Virus record (IMG/VR): IMGVR_UViG_3300020469_003050
Span: 186,001 to 250,000 of that record
Direction: 5' to 3' (one strand)
Length of the DNA stretch: 64,000 nucleotides
The notes below the pieces were generated by a model. That model made no database searches. It was not told where the DNA came from and saw only the letters and a program-made list of their open reading frames with translations. Below are positions 49,111-58,082 of the stretch, one piece after another; position 1 is the first letter of the stretch; every line of letters starts with the position of its first letter. The position numbers and the translations under genes were made by a program.

Positions 49111-49257
49111 ATGCCCTGGCCTGATGAAGAAGCACCAGATTGGCCCGATTGTCACATTTGTGGTCAATCACTTGATGAGTGTGAATGCATCTGGCCAGGG
49201 CAAAACAATCAACCAAAGATGATTTATGACGAGAAAAATCAAAGTGAAATTCACTGA
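49111..49257 (+). CDS. Possible 48-aa Cys-containing microprotein
   Basis: MPWPDEEAPDWPDCHICGQSLDECECIWPG...; CxxC and CxC, fills the gap, no clear RBS. Confidence 0.35.
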   Translation: MPWPDEEAPDWPDCHICGQSLDECECIWPGQNNQPKMIYDEKNQSEIH

Positions 49258-49417
49258 TGATAAAGAATTTACAGAAGAAAAAGAAGGTTTAGGACTTAAA
49301 AAACTATTCAAATCAATTAAGGCGCCCGATGGCCTTACTCATTTAAGAGTAGAATATACTAACAGAAAAGGCACAAAAATCGATAGATGGGCGAAAATAC
49401 CGAAAAATAAAGACTAA
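49226..49417 (+). CDS. Small basic hypothetical protein
   Basis: 63 aa, VEYTNRKG motif. Confidence 0.55.
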   Translation: MTRKIKVKFTDDKEFTEEKEGLGLKKLFKSIKAPDGLTHLRVEYTNRKGTKIDRWAKIPKNKD

Positions 49418-49426
49418 AAATGGCGA

Positions 49427-49475
49427 AAAACTTGACATTATAGTGATTCGTGTTATTATATATACATAATCAAAA
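49427..49475 (+). promoter_or_regulatory. Early promoter copy 1 (with GANTC site)
   Basis: TTGACA-16 nt-TATTAT with TG extension, TGATTCG at 49444-49450; 43/49 identical to 50943-50991. Confidence 0.75.
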
Positions 49476-49492
49476 GAGAGGGACTAAACATT

Positions 49493-49915
49493 ATGGCTTA
49501 TATATCAACTAACGAAGTTAAAGAAGTAAGAAAAGCATTAAAAGAAAAGTTCGGTAAGAATATTAAATTCTCAGTAACACGTGACCATTATACAGGTATT
49601 CGTGTTGCAATTATGGAAGGTGTAATGGACTTCTATAATGATGGAGACATGGATCACACTGATAAGTATTCAGGTCGGGTTCATAAGTTTGATGGATACT
49701 CTCAAATCAATCATTATCACACACATTTTTATGGCAAGTTTGCATCGTTGTTTGACGATATAAAAGAAATTTGTCATACTGCTCCTGCTAAAGCTGAAGG
49801 CGGTAGAGCATACTACGATAACTCAGATGCCATGATTGACTACTTTGATACTGCATTTTATGTAAGCATCAATGTTGGTAAATGGGACAAACCTTATATT
49901 CAAAAGGCGGCATAA
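49493..49915 (+). CDS. Early protein, LPD29-like
   Basis: YISTNEVKEVRKALKEKF..IKFSV, YYDNSDAMIDYFDTAFY...VGKWDKPY; family label tentative. Confidence 0.5.
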   Translation: MAYISTNEVKEVRKALKEKFGKNIKFSVTRDHYTGIRVAIMEGVMDFYNDGDMDHTDKYSGRVHKFDGYSQINHYHTHFYGKFASLFDDIKEICHTAPAKAEGGRAYYDNSDAMIDYFDTAFYVSINVGKWDKPYIQKAA

Positions 49916-49920
49916 TTTCA

Positions 49921-50061
49921 ATGTACATAGTAAAGGTGAAAGAGACTGGTGAAGTTGTAGCATATTGTTCCGACTGGAAAGATGCTCTATCATATTTTGC
50001 TAGTGGTAAAATCGATAAAGTAACATATGTTATCGAACAAGAAGTGGAAAAGAAGAAATGA
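49921..50061 (+). CDS. 46-aa hypothetical protein
   Basis: MYIVKVKETGEVVAYCSDWKDA...KKK*; ATGA overlap with the next gene; not in the ORF track. Confidence 0.6.
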   Translation: MYIVKVKETGEVVAYCSDWKDALSYFASGKIDKVTYVIEQEVEKKK

Positions 50062-50315
50062 ATTTGAAGAACCAAACTTTAGAAGAGGCTGTCTCTAAAA
50101 ATATTCCGGTATATTTGGTATACAAGGAAGACACTAAAGAGATTTTAGAATGGTGGCCTTTCGGTGAGGGACTAGCAAGTTCCAGTGCAAGTATGCGTAA
50201 CAATATGCATGGACCTGATAGTCATAATTATGCAAGTTGGAAAGATTACGTAGTGATACGTGATAATCACAACAAGCATCTTAAACAATTGGAAGAAATA
50301 GAACGGAGATTATGA
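50058..50315 (+). CDS. Hypothetical protein
   Basis: 85 aa, coupled overlaps on both sides. Confidence 0.6.
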   Translation: MNLKNQTLEEAVSKNIPVYLVYKEDTKEILEWWPFGEGLASSSASMRNNMHGPDSHNYASWKDYVVIRDNHNKHLKQLEEIERRL

Positions 50316-50959
50316 TGCCTGCATGTAAAGGAGATACGTATTCGGTTCCACGCCCGTTTTGTTTAACAGAGGGTTGTGATAATTTGGCACACAATACTGC
50401 ATCAGCGGCTAAGCCAGTCTGGCGTAAATATTGTGGTAAGTGTCATACGATACGTAGAAAGAATTTTCAAAATTTATCAGCTAATTTATCTAAAAGTCAA
50501 TATCCTACTTGTTGTATAAAAAACTGTAGGAAAAAAGTAACACTATTAGGAACAGACCATCATGGTAATTTAAAGTTTTCTCAATACTGCGAAAAACACG
50601 GAGGAGTCCCATTTCATTTAACGTGGAGAAAACCTGCATGTGATAATATAAATGGTAAAGGAATGTTATCAGATAGAAGTCCTATTGGGTTTAATTGTAC
50701 AACTTATATACATTACGACCCGCCCCTTCCTAAGGGAACAAAGTGGTTAGTAGATTATGGCTTCCCACAACCAATGTTACAAGTTGACCATATAGACGGC
50801 CATCCATATAATGAACCATTAGATGGGTCTAATTTTCAGACTTTATGTGCTTGTTGTCATAACTATAAAACTTGGAAATCTGGTGATGGACAAACCGCAG
50901 GTAGAAAAACCGCACAAAAATCAACAAATAATAATGTTGTCCAAAACTTGACAATATAG
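50312..50959 (+). CDS. HNH endonuclease with Cys-rich zinc modules
   Basis: LQVDHIDG..YN....NFQTLCACCHNYKT HNH core, plus C-x4-C...CxxCH and CCIKNC...CEKH modules. Confidence 0.8.
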   Translation: MMPACKGDTYSVPRPFCLTEGCDNLAHNTASAAKPVWRKYCGKCHTIRRKNFQNLSANLSKSQYPTCCIKNCRKKVTLLGTDHHGNLKFSQYCEKHGGVPFHLTWRKPACDNINGKGMLSDRSPIGFNCTTYIHYDPPLPKGTKWLVDYGFPQPMLQVDHIDGHPYNEPLDGSNFQTLCACCHNYKTWKSGDGQTAGRKTAQKSTNNNVVQNLTI

Positions 50960-50991
50960 CGAATCGTGTTATAGTATATACATAATGAAAA
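50943..50991 (+). promoter_or_regulatory. Early promoter copy 2 (with GANTC site)
   Basis: TTGACA-16 nt-TATAGT with TG extension, CGAATCG at 50960-50966. Confidence 0.75.
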
Positions 50992-51014
50992 TTAACACAC
51001 AAAGGAGTGAACAT

Positions 51015-52022
51015 ATGAGTGAGAACATAGTAGCACAAATTGAAAAAGGCACATACAGAAATCAATCTGTAGAAGGTGCGTTTCCCGTAGTGCAGGAACT
51101 TAAACAAGCTAAAGACGGTAGTTGGTTTATTACTGTTAATGCTGAGGACACTAAGTTTAAAAGTTCTAAAATTAGAGTTAAAGTTAACCCAGAAAATGTA
51201 AAAGTTTCTGAAGGTACTGTTGAATCAATCAACGAGTCTGATGATGATGCAATGAATAGGATTGCAGAAAGGTTTGCAATTCTTGATGAAATGACCGAGG
51301 CAACAATCGATGGTGTTGTTAGAGGTATGGTAGTTTCAGGCCCTCCAGGTGTTGGTAAAACATATGGTGTTGAGCAAGTACTTGAGAAAGATTCAATCTT
51401 TGATATGATGGCTGATAAGCCTCTTAGACATACTTTTGTAAAAGGTACAATGTCTGCGATTGGTCTTTACTCTACACTTTACAAATACTCTGATCCAAAG
51501 AGTATCGTAGTACTAGACGATTGTGATAGTATTCTTTTTAATGAGGATGCACTAAACATTCTTAAGGCCGCTCTTGATAGTGGTAAGAAGAGGAAGATTT
51601 CTTGGAACTCTGACTCGCATTTCTTAAGAAGGGAAGGTGTTCCTGATACTTTCGAATTCAAAGGTTCAGTTATCTTTATCACTAACTTGAAATTTGATAA
51701 AGTTAAAGGTAACAAAATCAAAGACCACTTGGAAGCAATTCTTTCAAGGTGTCACTATCTTGATTTGACTATGGACACTGCAAGAGATAAGATTTTGAGA
51801 ATCAAACAGATTGCTAGAGACGGTGGTTTATTTGATACTAAAGGTCTTACTAAGGATCAAGAAGTTGAGATTATCGATTTCATGGTTGAGAATCAAAAGA
51901 AACTGAGAGAAGTTTCTTTGAGAATGGCTCAGAAAATTGCAGACCTTAGAAATATGTCTAAGTCAGGAGATAGATGGAAGAGTTTAGCCGAGTCAACTTG
52001 TATGAAGAGGTCAGCGGCTTAA
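51015..52022 (+). CDS. Phage AAA-type ATPase
   Basis: SGPPGVGKT Walker A, VVLDDCD Walker B, VIFITN, SRC; AAGGAG RBS before ATG 51015. Confidence 0.8.
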   Translation: MSENIVAQIEKGTYRNQSVEGAFPVVQELKQAKDGSWFITVNAEDTKFKSSKIRVKVNPENVKVSEGTVESINESDDDAMNRIAERFAILDEMTEATIDGVVRGMVVSGPPGVGKTYGVEQVLEKDSIFDMMADKPLRHTFVKGTMSAIGLYSTLYKYSDPKSIVVLDDCDSILFNEDALNILKAALDSGKKRKISWNSDSHFLRREGVPDTFEFKGSVIFITNLKFDKVKGNKIKDHLEAILSRCHYLDLTMDTARDKILRIKQIARDGGLFDTKGLTKDQEVEIIDFMVENQKKLREVSLRMAQKIADLRNMSKSGDRWKSLAESTCMKRSAA

Positions 52023-52055
52023 CAGTTAACTAAGAGCCATCTTAGTTAAAACCGG

Positions 52056-52099
52056 GACGGTATTAGGTTTCTCTCACTCGCCTAATACCGTCTTTTTTT
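52056..52099 (+). terminator. Rho-independent terminator
   Basis: GACGGTATTAGG-loop-CCTAATACCGTC plus T-run; a second hairpin lies at about 52025-52048. Confidence 0.8.
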
Positions 52100-52109
52100 A
52101 TATCTACTA

Positions 52110-52138
52110 TTGCATTTTCTTTCGAAACATGCTATAAT
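52110..52138 (+). promoter_or_regulatory. sigma70 promoter giving a nearly leaderless transcript
   Basis: TTGCAT-17 nt-TATAAT with TG extension; ATG only 10 nt after the -10 box, no RBS. Confidence 0.6.
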
Positions 52139-52147
52139 TTAAACATC

Positions 52148-52489
52148 ATGAATATAGAAGAAACAAAACAAAAGATTATAGAGAATCTTAAAGGCGTTCA
52201 CGACCCTGAAATGGATTGTGATGTTTATAATCTTGGATTAATTTACGAAGTAAACGTTGGAGAAATGCCTGATACTAAAAAGTATTGTAATATATTAATG
52301 TCTCTAACCAGTGCTTTTTGTCCTGCCGCGGACATGATAGTAAATGATGTAAAAGGAGCGGCGTTAACAGTAGAGGATGTAATAGATTGTCAAGTAGAAG
52401 TAACGTTTAACCCTGCTTGGACTCCTGACAGATTAACGGAAGACGGTCATGCATATCTAAACTATATGTATTCAGATTATATGGATTAA
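52148..52489 (+). CDS. sufT: Fe-S cluster assembly factor, DUF59/SufT/PaaD family
   Basis: VHDPE...VYNLGLIYEV...MSLTSAFCP...FNPAWTPDRL: the DPE...T..xCP signature. Confidence 0.85.
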   Translation: MNIEETKQKIIENLKGVHDPEMDCDVYNLGLIYEVNVGEMPDTKKYCNILMSLTSAFCPAADMIVNDVKGAALTVEDVIDCQVEVTFNPAWTPDRLTEDGHAYLNYMYSDYMD

Positions 52490-52492
52490 TAA

Positions 52493-53938
52493 ATGAAAGA
52501 ATGTATCATCAAAATTAAGGACGAAGTAAACATTAAGTTGGAAGGTTTGGATCCTGGTACACGTAGAAAGTGTTCTAATAAACTCAAATTCTTTTTACCA
52601 CATGCTTATCATATGCCAGCTTATAAACTTGGTCGTTGGGATGGTACAGTTAGATTCTGTGATGTTGGTGGTCGTACATTTTTAAATTTACTTGATGATA
52701 TCTTGCCTGTAATTATGGAAGAAGGATATGAAGTAAAGATTGATGATGACCGCCAGTTACACAACCTAGAGTTTACTCAAGTTAAGGAAGATTATTGGGG
52801 TGATGCAGTATGGCCAGCTGGACACATACAAGAGGGCCAAAACATACGTTTAAGAGACTATCAGGTAGATATAGTCAATAAGTTCATAGAACACCCTCAA
52901 TGCTTACAAGAGGTCGCCACAGGCGCAGGAAAGACGATAATAACTGCTACTTTATCTAGTCTAGTAGAACAATATGGACGTAGTATAGTTATTGTGCCAA
53001 ATAAAGATTTAGTTAGGCAGACATTTGAAGATTATGAAAACTGTGGATTAGATGTAGGTGTATATTTTGGTGATAAAAAAGATATCGGTAAAACACATAC
53101 AATCTGTACTTGGCAAAGTTTGAATTCATTATTAAAAAGAAGTAAAGCCGGAGAGGCTAATATACAAGATTTTATTGAAGACGTAATCTGTGTTATGGTT
53201 GATGAGGTTCATCAGGCAAAGGCAGATGTATTGAAAGATTTACTTACAGGTGTTTTTGCTAATATGCCAATTCGTTGGGGACTAACGGGAACGATACCAA
53301 AGAGTGATTGGGAATCAGCTTCATTAAGAAGTTCTTTAGGAGAAGTTATTCATAAACTTGCGGCTAAAGAATTACAAGACCAAGGAGTACTTGCTAAATG
53401 TCATGTCAATATTGTACAGACGGCAGAAACGGCAGAATATGGGGATTATCAGAGTGAACTAAAGTTTTTATTAGAAGATAAAAAACGTATGCAGTATGTG
53501 TCAAATATGATTAGAGATATAGCTAAATCAGGTAACACATTGGTTCTAACTGGTAGAATTAGTAACGGAAATATGTTACAGGAACTATTAGACGGTTCTG
53601 AATTCGTTCAGGGATCAATGAAAGTAGTTGATAGAAAAGATGCATACGATGAAATAAATCAAGCAACTAACTCAATAACTATTGCGACTTACGGTGTCGC
53701 CGCAGTGGGAATTAATATTCCAAGAATATTTAATCTGGTTTTGCTTGAGCCAGGCAAAAGTTTTGTAAGAGTAATACAATCAATAGGACGAGGTGTACGT
53801 ATTGCAAAAGATAAAGATTTTGTTAATGTTTGGGATGTAACTAGCAGATGTAAATTTAGTAGACGCCATTTAACAGAACGTAAAAAATATTATAAGGATG
53901 CTCAGTATCCTTTTACAATAGATAAGGTAAATTACTAA
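52493..53938 (+). CDS. uvsW: SF2 DNA helicase
   Basis: LRDYQ, ATGAGKT, VDEVH, GLTGT, QSIGRGVR. Confidence 0.92.
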   Translation: MKECIIKIKDEVNIKLEGLDPGTRRKCSNKLKFFLPHAYHMPAYKLGRWDGTVRFCDVGGRTFLNLLDDILPVIMEEGYEVKIDDDRQLHNLEFTQVKEDYWGDAVWPAGHIQEGQNIRLRDYQVDIVNKFIEHPQCLQEVATGAGKTIITATLSSLVEQYGRSIVIVPNKDLVRQTFEDYENCGLDVGVYFGDKKDIGKTHTICTWQSLNSLLKRSKAGEANIQDFIEDVICVMVDEVHQAKADVLKDLLTGVFANMPIRWGLTGTIPKSDWESASLRSSLGEVIHKLAAKELQDQGVLAKCHVNIVQTAETAEYGDYQSELKFLLEDKKRMQYVSNMIRDIAKSGNTLVLTGRISNGNMLQELLDGSEFVQGSMKVVDRKDAYDEINQATNSITIATYGVAAVGINIPRIFNLVLLEPGKSFVRVIQSIGRGVRIAKDKDFVNVWDVTSRCKFSRRHLTERKKYYKDAQYPFTIDKVNY

Positions 53939-54441
53939 TGAAAATTTTAACACCAGAAAACATATGTTATGAAATGAATTCTCTTCCAGAAAACGAGATT
54001 GAAGACATAAGATATTGTGTAATGGATGTAACGGATAAGAATGAACCAGATTTCTTTTTTATACCGTTAGTATTCATTGAAACATTTAACGCACCTAGTA
54101 TTAACTTAAGTATAGGTCCTTGGACAATAGAAATGCCAATCGATTGGAATATTCTTATTGGGGATCCAGATATGGGACAACTAGAATTTATTCCATTAAC
54201 AAGTATTAATGAAAGACCTTTTCAAACTATCTTGACAAATCCTCTCGCAGGCTTTACAATGGGATGGGAAGACATAAAAGTAAACAATGTATTTGCAGAT
54301 GTAAAATGGTTTTTTCCAAAACTCAAATATGGTCATATATTAGTTATACCATTAGAGCATGGACCAAAACCAAAGTGTGCATATTTTGTAAAAGACTTGA
54401 ATAGAATACCAGACGTATTAAACAGTTATGACTTTTTTTAA
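53938..54441 (+). CDS. Hypothetical protein coupled to uvsW
   Basis: 167 aa, TAATG overlap. Confidence 0.6.
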   Translation: MKILTPENICYEMNSLPENEIEDIRYCVMDVTDKNEPDFFFIPLVFIETFNAPSINLSIGPWTIEMPIDWNILIGDPDMGQLEFIPLTSINERPFQTILTNPLAGFTMGWEDIKVNNVFADVKWFFPKLKYGHILVIPLEHGPKPKCAYFVKDLNRIPDVLNSYDFF

Positions 54442-54451
54442 GGAGTAAACA

Positions 54452-54934
54452 ATGGCAGAAAAAATACCATTAAAAGAAATTCTCGGTGCAATGGATCGCC
54501 GTGATTTTAATTGGTATTCGAATCTTGATGATGAGAAAAAGAAACAATTTTCAAGTTGGTTATTTCTCAGATATGCAAGTAGTGCCAAAGGTAAAGATAA
54601 AGATGAAGTTCTGTTGAATACAAACGAATTTGTAAACAAGTATTATAAAGATTTATATAAGCATGAAGACTTGATGTGGAAGTTATTTTGCTTAACATCT
54701 ACAGGAAAAAATCAATTCCATGAGTATATAAAACCGCCAAACTCACGTATCAAGACAGATACAATATCTCAGTTTATATCACAAACATATCCTCACATGA
54801 AAGGTGATGAAATTGAATTGTTTAGACAGTTGAATTCTGATGATGATATAAAACAAATGGCAAGAGATACTGGAATGACTGATAAAGAGTTTGATGAAAT
54901 TTTTGGTAAAACGAAAAAAAGGAAAAAGAAATGA
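54452..54934 (+). CDS. Possible clamp-loader small subunit (gp62-like)
   Basis: KKQFSSWLFLRYAS...TNEFVNK...LMWKL...YIKPP pattern and size are reminiscent of gp62; weak. Confidence 0.4.
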   Translation: MAEKIPLKEILGAMDRRDFNWYSNLDDEKKKQFSSWLFLRYASSAKGKDKDEVLLNTNEFVNKYYKDLYKHEDLMWKLFCLTSTGKNQFHEYIKPPNSRIKTDTISQFISQTYPHMKGDEIELFRQLNSDDDIKQMARDTGMTDKEFDEIFGKTKKRKKK

Positions 54935-55161
54935 CAAATGACGAACTAGTAACAACAATTAAAATACTCGTAAGTGAAATCGAGGTACAAAAATTAAGAA
55001 TTCAACCACATGACACTGGTCACATACATACTACTATCGGCGTATTAGAGGATAGAGTAGAAGAACTTTTAAATGAAGTTAAGACAGGTGTTAATATGTT
55101 TTCTTCATCTACCTATGTAGGTGTAGAAAATGGAAAATACGTAGGCGTTAAAGATGTTTAG
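54931..55161 (+). CDS. Small hypothetical protein
   Basis: 76 aa, RIQPHDTGHIHTTIGVLEDRVEEL. Confidence 0.6.
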   Translation: MTNDELVTTIKILVSEIEVQKLRIQPHDTGHIHTTIGVLEDRVEELLNEVKTGVNMFSSSTYVGVENGKYVGVKDV

Positions 55162-55175
55162 TGGTTGAGATAAAC

Positions 55176-55252
55176 GGACCCGTAGTTCAGCTGGATAGAA
55201 CGCCTGTCTACGAAACAGGAGGTCAGAGGTTCGAATCCTCTCGGGTCCGCCA
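55176..55252 (+). tRNA. tRNA-Arg (anticodon ACG), CCA encoded
   Basis: Acceptor GGACCCG/CGGGTCC, D arm GTTC/GAAC, anticodon arm CCTGT-CTACGAA-ACAGG, T arm AGAGG-TTCGAAT-CCTCT, G discriminator plus CCA. Confidence 0.95.
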
Positions 55253-55265
55253 GAAAGAGAAGTCT

Positions 55266-55937
55266 ATGTTTGAATGTAAATTTTGTGGAAAAAGTTTTAA
55301 GAGAGAAAAGACTCTTATTGCCCATATGTGCGAACAGAAAAGAAGATTTACAAACAAAGATTCAAAATATGTAAGATTAGGATTTCTTGCATATAATCGT
55401 TTTTATGAAATATCTCAAAGAGGCACAAAACAAAGAACATACGAAGACTTTTCTAAAAGCAATTATTATACTGCATTTACAAAGTTTGGTAAATATATTA
55501 TAGAAGTAAATGCTATAGACCCAGAAAAGTTTATAGATTTTGTTATAACAAGCGGCGTAAAGCTGGATAAATGGTGTTCTGATACTGTTTATGAAACTTA
55601 TATCAGAGAACTAAATAAAAAAGAGACAGCCGAACGTGCAGTTGAAAGAGGCATCTTATTGATGCAACAATGGGGAATGGAAAATGATAGACCGTTTAAT
55701 GTATTCTTTAGGGAGATTAGTAAGCCACGTGCTATACACTGGATCAAATCCGGACGCATTAGCCCTTGGATTATTTTTAATTCTATGTCTGGTACTGAAC
55801 TTTTAAATAGTTTCAATGACCATGAGTTAAATTTGATTAATGAATATCTTGAGCCTACTTTCTGGACAAGAAAGTTTGAGGTCAGAAAAGACGATGTTAT
55901 TTTTGTAAAAGAGATTCTAGAGAAAGCAGGTATTTAA
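55266..55937 (+). CDS. Protein with N-terminal zinc finger
   Basis: Start moved past the tRNA; FECKFCGKSFKREKTLIAHMC (CxxC-x12-H-x-C). Confidence 0.7.
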   Translation: MFECKFCGKSFKREKTLIAHMCEQKRRFTNKDSKYVRLGFLAYNRFYEISQRGTKQRTYEDFSKSNYYTAFTKFGKYIIEVNAIDPEKFIDFVITSGVKLDKWCSDTVYETYIRELNKKETAERAVERGILLMQQWGMENDRPFNVFFREISKPRAIHWIKSGRISPWIIFNSMSGTELLNSFNDHELNLINEYLEPTFWTRKFEVRKDDVIFVKEILEKAGI

Positions 55938-55938
55938 A

Positions 55939-56112
55939 ATGAGTGAAGACATTACAAAAAGAATTGAACAAGTAGAAAAAAAGGTAGATAAATTACAAAA
56001 AAGTTTAGATGAACTAAATGCAAAGCTAAGTAAACATATAGAGTTCATTGACAACACATACGAAGGATTAAGAAATCCTATCGATGCGGCTAAAAGATTT
56101 TTACGGAGATAA
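55939..56112 (+). CDS. 57-aa coiled-coil microprotein
   Basis: MSEDITKRIEQVEKKVDKLQKSLDELNAKLSKHIEFIDNTYEGLRNP...; fits between neighbours with 1-nt gaps. Confidence 0.65.
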   Translation: MSEDITKRIEQVEKKVDKLQKSLDELNAKLSKHIEFIDNTYEGLRNPIDAAKRFLRR

Positions 56113-56113
56113 T

Positions 56114-56317
56114 ATGGCAACTAAAAAGGTAACAAAAGCGACTTCAAGGATAGTAGAAATACAGGAAGATCCTGATACAAAGGAATGTTATTTTGTTCTA
56201 CCACAAGACGTTATTAGAAGTCTAGGTTGGAGTGACGATGATGAGTTGGAATGGATTGAAAATCCTGACAAAAGTTGGTCTCTTAAAAAAGTTAAAGAGG
56301 ACAAAAATGACAAGTAA
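56114..56317 (+). CDS. AbrB/MazE-like swapped-hairpin protein
   Basis: EIQED....YFVLPQDVIRSLGWSDDDELEW. Confidence 0.65.
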   Translation: MATKKVTKATSRIVEIQEDPDTKECYFVLPQDVIRSLGWSDDDELEWIENPDKSWSLKKVKEDKNDK

Positions 56318-56828
56318 AGAAAAATATATCTATGAAAGCCCAGATGGAGGAAAAACTGTGACTAGAAGAAAGTTTGGAGAAACTGAAAAAGAATTATTAG
56401 AAGAATATAACGAAATACAAACTTGGAAAAAAGAAGAAGACAACCACTTAACATTAGATATGGGTGATAGTTTAGATTTAGATGTTTCTAACTCAACTAC
56501 TATAACAACTACTATGCATGACACATTGTCTGTGGCAGGTGATTACACATATACAACATCGCCTTCTACTTTGACATTAGGTGGAAGTGGATATCAGTTT
56601 GAAGATGTAGAACCAGATTTACATGTGACAGTCAATGGCGAAGAAAGAAAAATGAGCGAAGTAATTGAACAAGTAGATAGCATTTCAAAAAGATTAAAAG
56701 TTTTAGAAAAGCCTGATGAAAAAACTTTAGAAAAATATAAAGTACTTGCAGATATATATGAACAATATAAAATTGCAGATGCATTTCTAAATTCTCCTGG
56801 ACCGGAGGACGATGATGAAAACCATTGA
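56307..56828 (+). CDS. Hypothetical protein
   Basis: Start at ATG 56307; IYESPDGGKTVTRR N-terminus, Thr-rich middle, helical C-terminus. Confidence 0.6.
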   Translation: MTSKEKYIYESPDGGKTVTRRKFGETEKELLEEYNEIQTWKKEEDNHLTLDMGDSLDLDVSNSTTITTTMHDTLSVAGDYTYTTSPSTLTLGGSGYQFEDVEPDLHVTVNGEERKMSEVIEQVDSISKRLKVLEKPDEKTLEKYKVLADIYEQYKIADAFLNSPGPEDDDENH

Positions 56829-57315
56829 TTATGATTGGATTAAAGTAGATAAAGCTATTCAACATATAGCAATGCAAATGTATCAAAGTGAATGGAGACC
56901 GGATTATATTGTTGGTATAACTAGAGGTGGATTAATACCAGCAGTTATGTTATCTCATATGACTAATATTCCAATGCATACACTTTCAATACAACTTGGT
57001 ACAGAAGGACTTGAAGAAAATACAGAAAGTAATTGTTGGATGGCAGAAGATGCCTTTGGTTACAAAGATAAACAAAAAAATATATTAGTTATTGATGATA
57101 TTAATCGTGGCGGTGATGCTCTTGCATGGCTTATGAATGATTGGAAAGAAGGTTGCTTACCCAATGATACATTAACTTGGGAAAGTGTTTGGCACAATAA
57201 TGTTAAGTTTGCTTCACTTATTATGGATCCAAATTCTATTGTTGATACTGATTACTACTATGAAGAATTATATTCAGAAGACGAAAATTGGGTAACATTT
57301 CCGTGGGAAAAATAG
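56812..57315 (+). CDS. Purine phosphoribosyltransferase (Gpt-like)
   Basis: IVGITRGGLIPA, ILVIDDINRGG PRPP loop, WVTFPWE. Confidence 0.88.
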   Translation: MMKTIDYDWIKVDKAIQHIAMQMYQSEWRPDYIVGITRGGLIPAVMLSHMTNIPMHTLSIQLGTEGLEENTESNCWMAEDAFGYKDKQKNILVIDDINRGGDALAWLMNDWKEGCLPNDTLTWESVWHNNVKFASLIMDPNSIVDTDYYYEELYSEDENWVTFPWEK

Positions 57316-58082
57316 ACGTATTACCACAAAAAACTTACTTGCTAGAATACTTTGCTGGAACATATGGAGACTATATATCAGGTCTTATATCATATTCAGT
57401 AAAAGGGTTTTATGATGATTATGAGTTAAAAGACCAATGGAGATATTGGTCTGTTGATTATGCTTTAGTAAAAAGAAATAGATATTCGCTAAGTTTAAGA
57501 GGTGGTGGATATGAGTTTGTAGAAAAGTATAATGAGTTTATGCTTTCACGTATGATAGAAGATTTTCGCCCTCACTTTGACGAAATGAAACCAACTAAAG
57601 TCTTATTCAATACACACCCAAGACTTGTACAGAACAGACAACCAAATAGCAAAGAACATTATAGAACACTTGTAAATGATTTTACTAAAACAAACACACT
57701 GTTTTTGGCAGTGCCTTTAGAGTTTGAATCTATATTCAAAGTTGCATGTAATGAGTATTATACAAGTAAGATGCATACAGAAAATAATATGGAAAATTTT
57801 TTAGAATTATTTAAACTACATGCAGACAAACAAGCACTTGCTCTAAAAATAATACCCGATGAAAAACGTTTCATGCTACATGATGTAGATGATATTTCAC
57901 CAAAAGATATAGTACAGTTTGGCGATGTTGATAGAGAACGTTTTCTTTATTACCAAGATATGTATAACATGGAAAAGATGGAGTTACTAAATTGGCATAC
58001 TCAACGTCTTTTAAAAAAGACAGAATATAGTAATCCAGAAATAATTAAAGAAATGAAAGACTATGTTAAATCGTTAATGTAG
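57288..58082 (+). CDS. Hypothetical protein (possibly degenerate P-loop/sulfotransferase-like)
   Basis: 264-aa ORF; YLLEYFAGTYGDYI N-terminal pattern; start uncertain (GTG 57303 possible). Confidence 0.5.
   Translation: MGNISVGKIDVLPQKTYLLEYFAGTYGDYISGLISYSVKGFYDDYELKDQWRYWSVDYALVKRNRYSLSLRGGGYEFVEKYNEFMLSRMIEDFRPHFDEMKPTKVLFNTHPRLVQNRQPNSKEHYRTLVNDFTKTNTLFLAVPLEFESIFKVACNEYYTSKMHTENNMENFLELFKLHADKQALALKIIPDEKRFMLHDVDDISPKDIVQFGDVDRERFLYYQDMYNMEKMELLNWHTQRLLKKTEYSNPEIIKEMKDYVKSLM

Noticed and set aside
55161-55265. N-terminal 35 aa of ORF-track call 55161..55937
   Set aside because: It is a translation of the tRNA-Arg gene; the real start is ATG 55266.
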